A DNA stretch of 64,000 bases from Malacoraja senta. Taxonomy: Eukaryota. Each line of letters opens with the position of its first letter. Within the stretch, counting starts at the first letter, position 1. The notes below the pieces were generated by a model. It ran no database searches, was not told the origin of the DNA, and saw only the letters and a list, made by a program, of their open reading frames with translations. Location: the NCBI GenBank assembly GCA_038087875.1, contig CM075978.1, positions 120,218,001 through 120,282,000 of the forward strand, written 5' to 3'. Of this stretch, positions 49,866 to 62,197 are shown piece after piece. Position numbers and translations under genes: made by a program.

Positions 49866-51150
49866 TCAGCAAGGAAATTTTTCGAAGAGGTTACTAGGGA
49901 AATTGATGAGGGTAAAGCAGTGGATGTTGTCTATATGGACTTCAGTAAGGCCTTTGACAAGGTTCCTCATGGAAGGTTGGTTAAGAAGATTCAATTGTTG
50001 GGTATTAATGGTGGAGTAGCAAGATGGATTCAACAGTGGCTGAGTGGGAGATGCCAGAGAGTAATGGTGGATGGCTGTTTGACAGGTTGGAGGCCGGTGA
50101 CTAGTGGGGTGCCTCAGGGGTCTGTGTTGGGTCCACTGTTGTTTGTCATGTACATCAATGATCTGGATGAAGGTGTGGAAAATTGGATTAGTAAGTATGC
50201 AGATGATACTAAGATAGGTGGTGTTGTGGATAATGAAGTAGATTTTCAAAGTCTACAGAGAGATTTAGGCCATTTGGAAGAGTGGGCTGAAAGATGGCAG
50301 ATGGAGTTTAATGCTGACAAATGTGAGGTGCTACATCTCGGAAGGACAAATCAAAATAGGACGTACACGGTAAATGGTAGCGAATTGAGGAATGCAGTTG
50401 AACAGAGGGATCTAGGAATAACTGTGCATAGTTCCCTGAAGGTGGAATCTCATGTAGATAGGGTGGTAAAGAAAGCTTTTGGTGTGCTGGCCTTTATAAA
50501 TCAGAGCATTGAATATAGAAGTTGGGATGTAATGTTAAAATTGTACAAGGCATTGGCGAGGCCAATTCTGGAGTATGGAGTACAATTTTGGTCGCCTAAT
50601 TATAGGAAGGATGTCAACAAAATAGAGAGAGTACAGAGCAGATTTACTAGAATGTTGCCTGGGTTTCAGCAACTAAGTTACAGAGAAAGGTTGAACAAGT
50701 TAGGTCTTTATTCTTTGGAGCGCAGAAGGTTAAGAGGGGACTTGATAGAGGTCTTTAAAATTATGAGCGGGTTAGACAGAGTGGACGTGGATAAGCTTTT
50801 CCCATTGAGAGTAGGGAAGATTCAAACAAGGGGACATGACTTGAGAATTAAGGGACAGAAGTTTAGGGGGAACATTAGGGGGAACTTCTTTACTCAGAGA
50901 GTGGTAGCTGTGTGGAATGAGCTTCCAGTGGAAGTGGTGGAGGCAGGTTCGATGTTATCCTTTAAAAATAGATTGGATGGGTATATGGACGGGAAAGGAA
51001 TGGAGGGTTATGGTCTGAGTGCAGGTAGATGGGACTAGGGGGAAGTATTTATTTTTAATTTAAAAAAAAATAAAAAAATTTAATGTTCGGCATGGACTTG
51101 AAGGGCCGAGATGGCCAGTTTCCGTGCTGTTATGGTTATATGGTTATATA
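49866..51150 (+). mobile_element. Young 5'-truncated CR1 LINE with uninterrupted RT/C-terminal ORF
   Basis: 372-aa ORF 49920-51038 with DFSKAFDKVPH, GVPQGSVLGP, YADDTK and FFTQRVV..WN.LP; (gttatatg)n tail. Confidence 0.95.
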
Positions 51151-51391
51151 TGGAAACAGGCCCCTCGGCCCACTGAGTCCATGCTGGCCAGTGATTACCC
51201 GTTCACATTGGTTCTGTGTTATTTCACTTTCGCATCGAGTCTCTACACACTAGGGATTATTTAAAGAGGTTGTGCAACATTGATATCAAACGGCATTATA
51301 TAATAACATTTACCCAAAGTACCAGCGTAGAAATGTACACAACGCAACTGTGATCAGCTGCATTATTTGTACAACACTCAAGAGCACGAAC

Positions 51392-51458
51392 CTGTGACAG
51401 GGCTGTGAGGTTTTCCTATAACATGTCCGATGCATTCATTCATTAGAGACTGAAAACT
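51392..51458 (-). CDS. MAP3K4: MAP3K4 exon 4/16, 67 nt
   Basis: ttgcag|SFQSLMNECIGHVIGKPHSPVT-G|gttcgt; phase 0-1. Confidence 0.93.
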
Positions 51459-52182
51459 CTGCAAAAAGTGGAAAAAAATATGAGAACTCACATAATGATT
51501 ATGTGCACTTGTCTAAGATTAAATATAAAAGGAGCAACATAATAAACATGCTGTTAGAAAAAAAGATATTAAGGATTTCCAAATAATTGGAGCACAGACT
51601 ATAAGAGATTTAATGCTTCCAGTCTTGGTCTTTCTGCTCTTTGGGGACAATTTACAATTTTTACCAAAGACAATTAATCTACAAACTTGTACGTCTTTGG
51701 AGTGTGGGAGGAAACTGGACCACCCGGAGAAAACCCACGCGGTCAGAGGGAGTATGTATAAACTCTGTACAGACAGCACCAGTAGTCATGTTCAAACTCA
51801 GATATTTGGCACTGTGAGGCAGCAACTCTACCGTGCCCCAGTTACTCGTGTCAATAATGACAACTACAATATACTTATAATAAAGTACTTTGGAGTGCAG
51901 CACTGCATGACTAACATTGACACTGCTTTCAATCGGTTGGGGAACAGAGTACAAGAGTCAGGAAGTCAGCTTGCAGCTTTATAGACTTTGGTTAGCTCAC
52001 ATTTGGATATTGTCTGCAGTTCTGGTCATGCCATTACGGGAAAGATGTGGAGGCTGGAATGCGTGCAGACAAGGTTTACCAGGATGCCGCCTGGATTAGA
52101 GGGGTTTACGTACAAGGTAAACAGTCAAAACCTCTATAAAAGGGCAGAGCTACAAAGTCAGAGGGAGAAAGCTTAAAGGTGA

Positions 52183-54298
52183 CTAGACCAGGTGTCTGCA
52201 CTCACCCTGGAGACAGCCCCCCCCCCCCCCCAGAGTCAATCACCCCCCACAAGGAAAATTATGGAATTTATAGAGACAATCAATCGTCCATGTAGGCATG
52301 CAGGGGCAGCAGGCAGTGAAGAAAGCGAATGGTATGTTAGCATTCATAGCAAAAGGATTTGAGTATAGGAGCAGGGAGGTTCTACTGCAGTTGTACAGGT
52401 TCTTGGTGGGACCACACCTGGAGTATTGCGTACAGTTTTGGTCTCCTAATCTGAGGAAAGATATTCTTGCCATAGAGGGAGTACAGAGAAGGTTCACCAG
52501 ACTGATTCCTGGGATGTCAGGACTTTAAATTAAGAAAGACTGGATAGACTCGGCTTGTACTCGCTAGAATTTAGAAGATTGAGGGGGGATCTTATAGAAA
52601 CTTACAAAATTCTTATGGGGTTGGACAGGCTAGATGCAGGAAGATTGTTCCCGATGTTGGGGAAGTCCAGAACAAGGGGGTCACCGTTTAAGGATAAGGG
52701 GGAAGTCTTTTAGGACCGAGATGAGAAAAACATTTTCCACACAGATCTGGAACTCTCTGCCACAGAAGGTAGTTGAGGCCAGTTCATTGGCTATATTTAA
52801 GAGGGAGTTAGATGTGGCCCTTGTGGCTAAGGGGATCAGGGGGTATGGAGAGAAGGCAGGTACGGGATACTGAGTTGGATGATCAGCCATGATCATATTG
52901 AATGGCGGTGCAGGCTCGAAGGGCCGAATGGCCTACTCCTGCACCTATTTTCTATGTTTCTATGTCCACAAGTTGGGGGGGAGTGGTGGGGGGGAAGGGA
53001 GTGGGGTGGGGGGTCAAGAGACAAGAGTGTTCTATTGTCATATGTCCCAGATAGGACAATGAAACTCTTGCCTGCTTGACTGTAGGGAAGAAGCTGTTCC
53101 TGAACCTGGACTTTAGTTTTCAGGCTCCTGTACCTTCTTCCCGATAGCAATGGTGGAATGAGTGTGTGGCCAGGATGGTGTGGGTCTTTGATGATGTTGG
53201 CTGCCTTTTTGAGGCAGTGGGGGGGGGGGAGGGGGCGGGGTGTATGAATAACTGGGGGGGGGGTAGAGGGGGAGTTTGAATAACCTGGGGGGGGTGGAGG
53301 GTGTGTGAATAACCCAGGGGGGGGGGGTGGGTATTGGCTGCCCTTTTGAGCTGGGTTTGCCACTTCTTCTCCACGCTGGCTGTGGGCCTCGAGAAGATGC
53401 GCCAACCTTAGCTCAACTCCCGCCAGGCCCACCGACAGGCCCGGATCCCACCGGCGCGAGGCCCCACCGTCGCGATGCCTCACTGCCGCCGCGGCACCAT
53501 CGTCTCAATGTCTCTTTCACCGGCGCGGTCTCGATGCCTCCTTGATGGCCGTGTAAAACCCCAGCCGGGGCGTCAGTTAATTTTAATACAGCCCTCCCCC
53601 TGACGTCACTCGAAGCTCGTGGAATATTGTGTGTGTGAAACGGGCGCCTTGTCACTCAAGCCATCGTGCCTGCCCACCTCATTGTGACCTCACCAGGGGA
53701 AGCTTAAAAGGCAGTTTTGTCATTTTTAAAAAACTTTTATCACCAATAAGTGAAATAATGCATCAAATCTTAAGTGAAGCTGATGACTGCTTAGTGGGGA
53801 AAAATGTGGGTCAGAATATGTAAAAAATGTATCTTTACGGCATAGCATTTTGCCAAAAATATAAAGACATATATACACACATACACACAAGATTAGAGTT
53901 TTCAAGTTATACTGGACCAAGTGGGACCCGTTGGGTCCCGTCCCCTCAACGCGCAGTTGCGGGGGGGGGGGGTGCGGCCTGCGGCGTCACTCACACACTA
54001 ACCACCCTCACACTACCCACCCCCCACACAGACAAGAACGGCAGGCAGGCAGATCCATTGTGACGTCATCAGCCAAAGCCAGACGTTTTTTTTTCAAAGT
54101 TTCTTCAGATTTGTGAACATTTTCATTAATAACTCGAGAATTAATGCATTGATTTTTCAGATAAGATGATTTCGGAGTCCATGGGATAAATCTCTACCGG
54201 AATATGTAAAAATGTTACTGTTAGCGCGTCGTTTTTTCGAGTAGATGCTATTATATTCACACACACGATCAGAGTTTTATAATTATAGATATAGAAGA
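52183..54298 (-). mobile_element. Second composite non-autonomous Helitron (units ~52183-53910 and ~53912-54298) carrying CR1 and Rex1 insertions
   Basis: Minus strand TC...CTAG between A and T of an old CR1 (ggtga|tatgca). Hairpins tgtctgca-N7-tggagaca and gggaccc-N3-gggtccc lie near the 3' ends. 5' ends resemble those of 31657-35755. Confidence 0.8.
52285..52965 (+). mobile_element. CR1 LINE 3' fragment nested in Helitron
   Basis: QQAVKKANGMLAFI..PHLEYCVQFWSP through the 3' UTR; same subfamily as 1-334. Confidence 0.92.
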
Positions 54299-54799
54299 TA
54301 TGCAAGATTCTATTTTAAACAGAGAATGAACCGCCAGAGGGTACAATGGAAGCAGATATGACAGTGGAATTTAAGAGATTCTTTGATAGGCACAACGAGA
54401 GGTTGCATGATGCAATACAAGGGCAGGTTGGACAAATGTGGGTGGTTTTCTAAGGAACGTCAGACATTGAGGGGAAACCTGAGAGAAGTATATAAAATTA
54501 GAAACGGACTAGAAATAGTGGACAGTCTGTACCTCTATCCCAGGGTGAAAATGCCAGAGTAAAGGGCACATCTTTACAATTGGACGGGCAAAGCTTAACG
54601 GAATGTGCAGGACAAGGTTTTTTTTTTTACAGAGAGTGGGTGCCTGGACAGTGCTTCAGGGGATGGTGGAGGAGGCAGATATGACAGTGCTGTTTAAGAG
54701 ACTTTTTAGATAGGCACATAGATATGCAGGGAATGGAGGGATAAGGATCATGCACAGGCAGATTGAATTAGTTTAACCTGGCATCAGGTTCAGCGCAAA

Positions 54800-56718
54800 G
54801 AATAGACAATAGACAATAGGTGCAGGAGTAGGCCATTCAATGTGATCATGGCTGATCATCCACAATCAGTACCCCGTTCCTGCCTTTTCCCCATATCCCT
54901 TAACTCTGCTATCCCTAAGAGCTCTATCTAACTCTCACTTGAAAGCATCCAGAGAACCAGCCTCCACTGCCCTCTGAGGCAGAGAATTCCACACACTCAC
55001 AACTCTCTGTGTGAAAGAGTTTTTCCTCATCTCCGTTCTAAATGGCTTACCACTTATTCTTAAACTATGGCCTCTGCTTCTGGACTTCCCCAAACATTGG
55101 GAACATGTTTCCTGCCTCTAGCGTATCCAAACCCTTAATAATCTTATATGTTTCAATGATCCCCTCTCATCCTTCTAAATTCAGTATAGAATATATCTAA
55201 ATAAGTATACAAGCCCAGCCGCTCCAATCTATCAACATATGACAGTCCCGCCCTCCTGGGAATTAACCTCGTGAACCTACGCTGCACTCCCTCAATATCA
55301 AGAATCTCCTTCCTCAAGTTTGGAGACCAAAACAGCACACAATACTCCAGGTGTGGTCTCACTAGGGCCCTGTACAACTGCAGAAGGACCTCTTTGCTCC
55401 TATACTCAACTCCTCTTGTTATGAAGGCCGACATGCCATTCGCTTTCTTCAATACCCCACTAGTCACTGCCTGCCTTTCTGAAAGGGACCCGTTAATTCC
55501 CACCCTTTGTTTCCTGTTTATTTTCCTGATTATTTTGGACGGTGGGGGCGCTACGAGACGACTGCCCTGTTAGTCATTTCTACTTTTTTTGTTTTTTTAG
55601 TATGTCCAAATGTGTGTTTTAATGTTTCTTGGTGTGTCTTGTGTGAGGGGTGGTGAGGGGGGTAAGGGGGGAACCGCTTTCGGTCGCCTCCTCCATGGAT
55701 AGGCAACTTTTTCCGTGTCGCCTTTCTCGCGGCCTAACACCAAGGATTGGTGCGGCCTTTCCTGGAGTCGGGCCCGGAGCTTCAGCAGCGGGCGCAGCGT
55801 GGACCTTTCATCACGGAGTGGGCGAGCCCTCGCCGGGGGTCGCCAAAAGGGAGCGCTCCGATCGCTGGCCCGCGGCAGCCTGATGCCGCGATCTACGGTG
55901 CTTCCAGCTGGCGCGGCGTCCGGAGCCTGGGATCCCTTCAGTGGGGACCCCGGAGAAGAGCTCCGACCGCCGGCCCGCGGCCTGCATCATCTAGAAGCCG
56001 CGGACTGCGGTGCTTCTAACCGCGGGCGCGGCGGGGACTTACCATCCGGAGCGGGATCCCTCGCCGGGGATCCCTGGAGAAGAGCTCCGACTGCCGGCCC
56101 GCGGCCTACATCATCTAGAAGCCGCGGTCTCCGGTAGGGAAGCACCGATTTGGGACTTACCTTGCCTGTACATCTGGCCGCCCGCAGTGGCGACTGCGGA
56201 GGTTTGTGGTCCCGACTACGGCGGAAAATGGAGAAGGACTGACTGAACTTTGTGCCTTCCACCACAGTGATGAATGCTGTGGTGGATGTTTGTGTTAAAT
56301 TTTTATTGTGTATTGTGTGTTCTTTTTTATTGTACCGCAGCTGGCAAGTTCATTTCACTGCACTTTGTTGTGTATGTGACGAATAAATCTGACTATTGAC
56401 TGTCTGCCAACCAATTTTTTATCCATGTCAGCACCCTACCCCAATACCATGTGCTCTAATTGTGCCCACTAATCTCCTTTGTGGAACCTTATCAAATGCT
56501 TTCTGAAAGTCCAGGTACACTACATCCACTGGCTCTCCCTTGTCCATTATCCTGATTACATCCTCAAAAAATTCCAGAAGATTAGTCAAGCATGATTTCC
56601 CCTTCGTAAATCCATGCTGACTCGGACCGATACTGCTACTGCTATCCAAATGTGCCGCTGTTTCATCTTTTATTATTGACCAGCATCTTCCCCACCACCG
56701 ATGTCAGGCTAACTGGTG
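54800..56718 (-). mobile_element. Internally deleted CR1 LINE, interrupted by a CpG-rich insert
   Basis: SQHGFTKGKSCLTNLLEFFE..DFQKAFDKVP and RPHLEYCVLFWSP on the minus strand. Confidence 0.9.
55518..56399 (+). mobile_element. CpG-rich non-autonomous retroposon with Rex1-like 3' tail
   Basis: Inserted in CR1 with ctgt duplicated on both sides. Internal ~75-bp direct repeat at 55929-56003/56053-56127. Tail is gtgtatgtgacgaataaatctgactattgac. Confidence 0.65.
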
Positions 56719-57232
56719 GTGAAACATCGTAGGCTGAAGGGCGTTTCTGTGCTATACTTTTCTATATTCTATGTTCACATGAATATGCAGGAAATGGAGG
56801 GATATGGGTCATGTGCAGGCAGTGGGGATTAGTTTAACATGTTCAGCACAGACATTGTGGCCTGAATGGCCTGTTCCTGTGCTGTACTGTTCTATGACTA
56901 GTGGATGGTCCTTTTTCAACTTAAACAAGGTAAAAAGCAGAGAGGGACCAAGAAATGAAAGACACTTTGATAACCAGTTTGTATCCTGGCCAAGAACAGC
57001 ATCAGTCCAAGAATGATCAATGTTTCCTGGATAGAGGCCACATCTGATAAACCAAAAATCACAATCAGACGATGTTTAACTGGAATCAGCCGTGTTCCCA
57101 GCCCCTGTAACACTGACACTGTTTGCTACATCTCTGTCAAAACATCCAGCATCGACACCAGATTCTGTAATACACACACCCACAGATCACAAAAGCACAA
57201 TGGTTTTACTTTCAGAAAAGAAAGCAACTTGC

Positions 57233-57311
57233 CAGGAAGTCGTCTTCTGGGAGAGCTGAAATAAATCCCGGTTCTATTGCCTGAAGGAAGTCAAACCCCT
57301 GGGTTGCCCAC
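57233..57311 (-). CDS. MAP3K4: MAP3K4 exon 3/16, 79 nt, ends at a GC donor
   Basis: tcacag|WATQGFDFLQAIEPGFISALPEDDFL|gcaagt; phase 2-0. Confidence 0.94.
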
Positions 57312-57772
57312 CTGTGAACAGACAGAAACATTAGAACAATGATGCTGACTCCCCCGAGAACGAGACTCCTAAAGCAGGTTTGTGCAAGAAAAAAGACAAG
57401 AAGTGCTGCAGTAACTCAGCAGGTCTGGCAGCATCTCTGGAGAACCTGGATAGGCAATTTTTCGGGTCGGACCCTTCCTCACACCGATTGTGGTGGGAGG
57501 TGGGATAGAAAGCTGGAAGAGAGGAGGGGCAGGACAAGGCCTAGTGAGTGATAGGTGGATACAAGTAAGGTTTTTGTTGATAGGCAGATGGTTGGACAAA
57601 AGCGAGAAATGAAAGGAAAAAAGATGTGAGATAAAGATAGAGGCGGGAATTGTGAAGGCAGAGGAAGGAATGTAGGGGGAAAGGGGCATAGAGAAGTTGG
57701 TGTGAGGCCAGGTGTGGCATAGGGAAGAGGGAGGAAAAGAAAATGTGTCTGAGCATGAAACATGCGTCTAAC

Positions 57773-57906
57773 CTGGGTCTTGTTCCCCTCCCACTTTCAC
57801 ATTTGGTGAGCACGAAGGTCATCCATTTCCGAGCAAAGCTGATAAACTTGTCCCCTATCTTCTGCCTGAATTCACCAGACATCAGCCGGACAACCTCCTT
57901 GTGATA
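57773..57906 (-). CDS. MAP3K4: MAP3K4 exon 2/16, 134 nt
   Basis: ctccag|YHKEVVRLMSGEFRQKIGDKFISFARKWMTFVLTKCESGRGTRPR|gttaga; phase 0-2. Confidence 0.96.
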
Positions 57907-58039
57907 CTGGAGAGAATTCAAAACATATTGCTTAAAATGCATTGAGTATTTTTTTTAAACTAATTGACAAAGGATAGCCAAAATAATCCACCCAATCTTT
58001 CAATAAAGAAAAATGCTACTGGTGCCAAAAACAGTGATA

Positions 58040-58595
58040 AATGTGCAATACAAGGATCTGTCCTGGCACCTCTGCTGTTTGTGATTGACATAAATGACTT
58101 GGACGTAAACATAAATGGGCTGGCTGAGGAAGGCTGTCATGGCATACAGCAGGATATTGGAGAGGATGCAGTTGAGGTTTACCAGAATGCTACATGGAGA
58201 ATTGGAGGCTGAAGGGAGATCTGATAGAAGTATATAAAATTCTGAGAAGAATAGAAAGGGTAAAAAGTTAGAACCTTTTTGCCAGGGTGGAAATGTCAAA
58301 GACAAGAGGGCATAGCTTTAAGATGAGAGGGGAAATTTTTAAAGGAGATGTGCAGGGCAATATATTTATTTTAATAACAGAGGATGGTGCGTGCCTGGAA
58401 CGCGCTGCTAGGGGTAGTGGTGGAGGCAAATACGATAGTGGCAAGTAAGAGGCTTTTAGATAGGCACATGGGTAATGCAGGGTATGGAGGAATATGGATC
58501 ACGTGCACGCAGAGATTAGTTTAACTTGGCATCATGCTTGGAACAGGCATTGTGGGTGGAAGAGCCTGTTCCTGTGCTGTACTGTTTTATGTTCT
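58040..58595 (+). mobile_element. Old deleted CR1 fragment
   Basis: QGSVLAPLLFVIDINDLD, followed by a degenerate 3' end. Confidence 0.75.
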
Positions 58596-58662
58596 AAGTA
58601 GTTTGGAAGAACAGATGTCTTCGATAATTGATTAAAAATAATAATTAATGTCAGAAACTTAC

Positions 58663-58824
58663 CTCAAAGCCAAAGTTATAGCTTTGAATCATAGTTTCCC
58701 TGTAATACTGCTGCAAAGTCGCACATTCAGATTCATCCATTTCAGCCTCAAACTCTGAATTGAACATCTTGTCAATGCGGTCAATGGCATTCCTAATCTT
58801 ATTGCACAGCAACAAGGCTGCATG
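58663..58824 (-). CDS. MAP3K4: MAP3K4 exon (1st of 16 visible), 162 nt
   Basis: tttcag|HAALLLCNKIRNAIDRIDKMFNSEFEAEMDESECATLQQYYRETMIQSYNFGFE|gtaagt; phase 0-0. Confidence 0.95.
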
Positions 58825-60531
58825 CTGAAAGGCAGAGTGGAAATCATCAGGATTGAGACATTTTGCGCAAATGAACATTCAATAGAATATAGATATAGAA
58901 ATTCAAATGGAACAAACACCACAATAAATGTACCCGAGACAGTTCAAAGCTCCTGATGTCTCCGCTCCCTGAAGCTGTTGACCACTTGGATTAATAAATA
59001 CAAGCACAGGTCCACCATCAAATTTCCCGCAATTAATGGTTCAGCGCCACCTTTAATCTGGACATTACAAGAGTGCACTTGAAATACACCCCCGCTGCTG
59101 GGGTTCTGGAACTCCGACCTGGCCGGAGACGCCAGATTGGTTCCCATAGCCGACTTTTGACGCTGACTTTGCGTGTTGGTGTCTCGGCTCCGCGGTGGCC
59201 CGTTACAGTACCAATAGACAATTATTATTATTATTGTTGCACTGTTTTGTTTGTTTTTTGAGTTTGTGTGTATATATATATATATATATGGGTATGTTGT
59301 GAGTATGTGTATATATACACAATGAGCTTTTATTTTCTCTCTCGTTTGTCATATCATACTATGTTTGCATATTCTGTTGTGCTGCAGCAAGTAAGAATTT
59401 CATTGATCTATCTGGGACATATGACAATAAAACACTCTTGACTCCACTCAGTAGCCATGAAGTCTGTTGGTCCGGAAAAGCAGATAATCCAGAAAGACTC
59501 TGGAACCAGGGATGTCAAAAAATTAGTGGTAGACCTGTATTGCTAGATTCTATATTCTACACTCTGTTTTTTTCATCTGTGCACTCCATTCAAATATTGT
59601 GTTTGAATGTAGAACAGCACTTAATTTTTCACTCAGGAAGTCTACACTGATGCAGGGTCTCGACCCAAAATGTCAATTAGTGCTTTGCCTCCACAGAAGC
59701 TGTTTGACCTGCAGAGTTCCTAGCTTTTTTTGCTCCAAATGCTGTCCATGATAGGCCGAAACGGGCAAGTGTGTTATCGGGCAAATTCCCAAATCACAAC
59801 TGGTGTGCAATTTATGCTAGATATACCCATCAGGCTGCATCTGTGAGAAGAGAAACAGAGTTTATGTTTCAGGTCAAAGGTGCTGAGTTGGTGCTGAGTC
59901 AGAGCTGAGAAGGGCAATGGGAACCTAAAGAAAAGACACAAAGTGCTGGAGTAACTCAGCAAGTCAGGCAGCGTCCCTAATCAGTCTGAAGAAGGGTCCT
60001 GTCTAGAAACGTCATCTATCCATGTCTTCCAGAGATGTCGCCTGACCCGCTGAGTTACTCCAGAACTGTCTTTTTGTTTTGTAAACCAGCATCTGTACTT
60101 CTTATTATCTACATTTTACAAAATACAAGTATTGGATTACTAATGTTTGTGATTCATCTGCAATTTGAAACGACAAGTAGCATTGAATAAACTTCAATGA
60201 ACTTTAAATCAACACGTTTTTCTCATGTGTTTCAATTATTCTTCATTCACACTTCCTCCCGATTCCCAGAACTGGGCACATTAAAAACATTGGTATGAAA
60301 CCCAAGGTTTATCAAGAAGTTGTGCCCTTTTTATGAATGTAACAAAAATATGCTTCAAGAGTGGAACCCTGGCAGCAATACTGCCAGAACATAATTGTAC
60401 CTTCTTGCAATGCAAGTGCCCATAATGATGATCAAATTAAGGACATGAATCAAAATAAAAGGATCTAAAAACTCTTCAAAATTATATATTAGTACAGCCG
60501 CTAAAAATAGAAAACTGGTCCTTAAAAGTAC

Positions 60532-60625
60532 ACAAAAATGCTGGAGAAACTCAGCGGGTGCAGCAGCATCTATGGAGCGAAGGAAATAGGCAACGTTTCG
60601 GGCCGAAACCCTTCTTCAGACTCTT
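60532..60625 (-). ncRNA. 94-nt Penelope-derived insert with minimal hammerhead-ribozyme-like core
   Basis: Minus strand CUGAAGA-A-GGGU-UUCG-GCCC-GAAAC-GUU (60619-60592), flanked by a perfect 17-bp duplication ctggtccttaaaagtac (60515-60531, 60626-60642). Confidence 0.6.
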
Positions 60626-61156
60626 CTGGTCCTTAAAAGTACTGTTTTTTCCAGAACATTTTTTAAACTATGAAGTACTTTCCTTTGTTGCTGCAGTGTT
60701 CACGGTACAACACCGTTGGAACAGCAACATCAGCAGTGTAAATGTTTGTGAGCAGGAAGATCTAAATGGCTCCTTGTCATGTCAGGAACTACATTCATTC
60801 CAGCAATCCCCTGCTATAATGAAGAGCCAAATCCTGATGATACTTTGCCCTCTTTATTCCTTTCACAGCAAAAGTCAACCCAAAGGGAGTTAGTGTAAGC
60901 AGTCAACAGATAACGCAGGACAGGCAGTGGAGAGTCTGTGAAAGATAAGAATCACAGTCAGAAAACAAGTGCAGGGGAGGAGTGGGGCAACTCTGAAAGT
61001 GCTGTCAAAATCAAAGTAGAGGAACCACTGAAAAACAAATGATCAATGGGGAATTGAACTTTATCAGAGTAACTGATTTAATTTTAATTCAGTCCACAAG
61101 GGCACAGTCTAATTCAATGGCACAGTGCGCTAAAATAGTGCACTGTGGTAGAGTTG

Positions 61157-62197
61157 TAGCAATGTTACAAAATTTTGAGATTTTAAAAATAAAGTCTGCA
61201 ATTTATCCCATCAGATAAAGCATAAAAAGAAGTTTAATTTGATACCTAATTCACTTTCATATCTTCAGTATTAAAGAAGTTATGGCCATTTTCATACTCA
61301 GAAATTAGCATCTTGTTCCCTATTGCTTTTCCATTGACTTAACACAAAAGCTGTGATCGAGGACAGTTAAAAGTCCATAACTTTCTTAAAAATTAAGATA
61401 ACTGAAAGAAATTTTCAGTTATTATAGATTGAAGCATTCTGAAACAAATATGAAACAATCTTACTTAGAAGACATGAAAGTAAAGCATATAATTAGTTAG
61501 TTACCTAATTGTAGCTAATTACAAAATTCAATTACTAGATCTAAACATCTATCAATTTCTTAAGAATAGATTAACATTTTTAAATAGCCTAAGTGTCCAA
61601 ATAACATTCACACAATAATTCACAATATAACATAATTTTTTTATCTCATTTTCATAAATTTACAGGCCAAATGGAAGGAATTGAATGTTTAATACCTGTA
61701 AATTAATGGGCATTTAAATCATCTTGTGAGTGAGGATTTCTGGAACGCGATCTTTTGGAACGTTCATTTGCGGTGAATTTAACCCCGTATTGGCATGAAA
61801 AATACTGCCGTTAGTTCGGGGAATAAAATCACCGTGTCGCATGAAAAATTGTGAATTAAAGGCTTCTTAAGAAGCACTTTTATACATTTAAAGAAACCAC
61901 TTTCGTTTACCTGTCCCGTGTGTGAAATCCGTCCCCGTTGTCGGCGTTGACGCTTCAGGAGCTGCTTTTAAAATTACTCTAGCGCTGACATTGACGATTT
62001 AATAAAAATTAAAAATTCACAAAAGGCCGCTAGGAACGATTTGTCAGCCAACGCTTGTACTCCAACTAAATATAATTCAGGACAAGGGAGGAGGAACCGC
62101 GTTTTAACCCCGCCCCCCCCTTAAAGGCGCCAAAATCGCGCACACGGCCAGTGGCAGAATTACAGCGCGACTGAAGGTAAGTTTTGTAACATACTTA
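61157..62197. mobile_element. Unclassified ~1-kb non-autonomous TIR DNA element inserted into the head of a V-SINE
   Basis: Ends tagcaatgttacaaaa / ttttgtaacatactta (13/16). Duplicated agagttg at 61150-61156 and 62198-62204. The SINE resumes at 62198-62465. Confidence 0.75.

Noticed and set aside
58944-59221. CpG-rich stretch with short ORFs upstream of the first visible MAP3K4 exon
   Set aside because: No similarity to the expected preceding MAP3K4 peptide; that exon seems to lie beyond the window.
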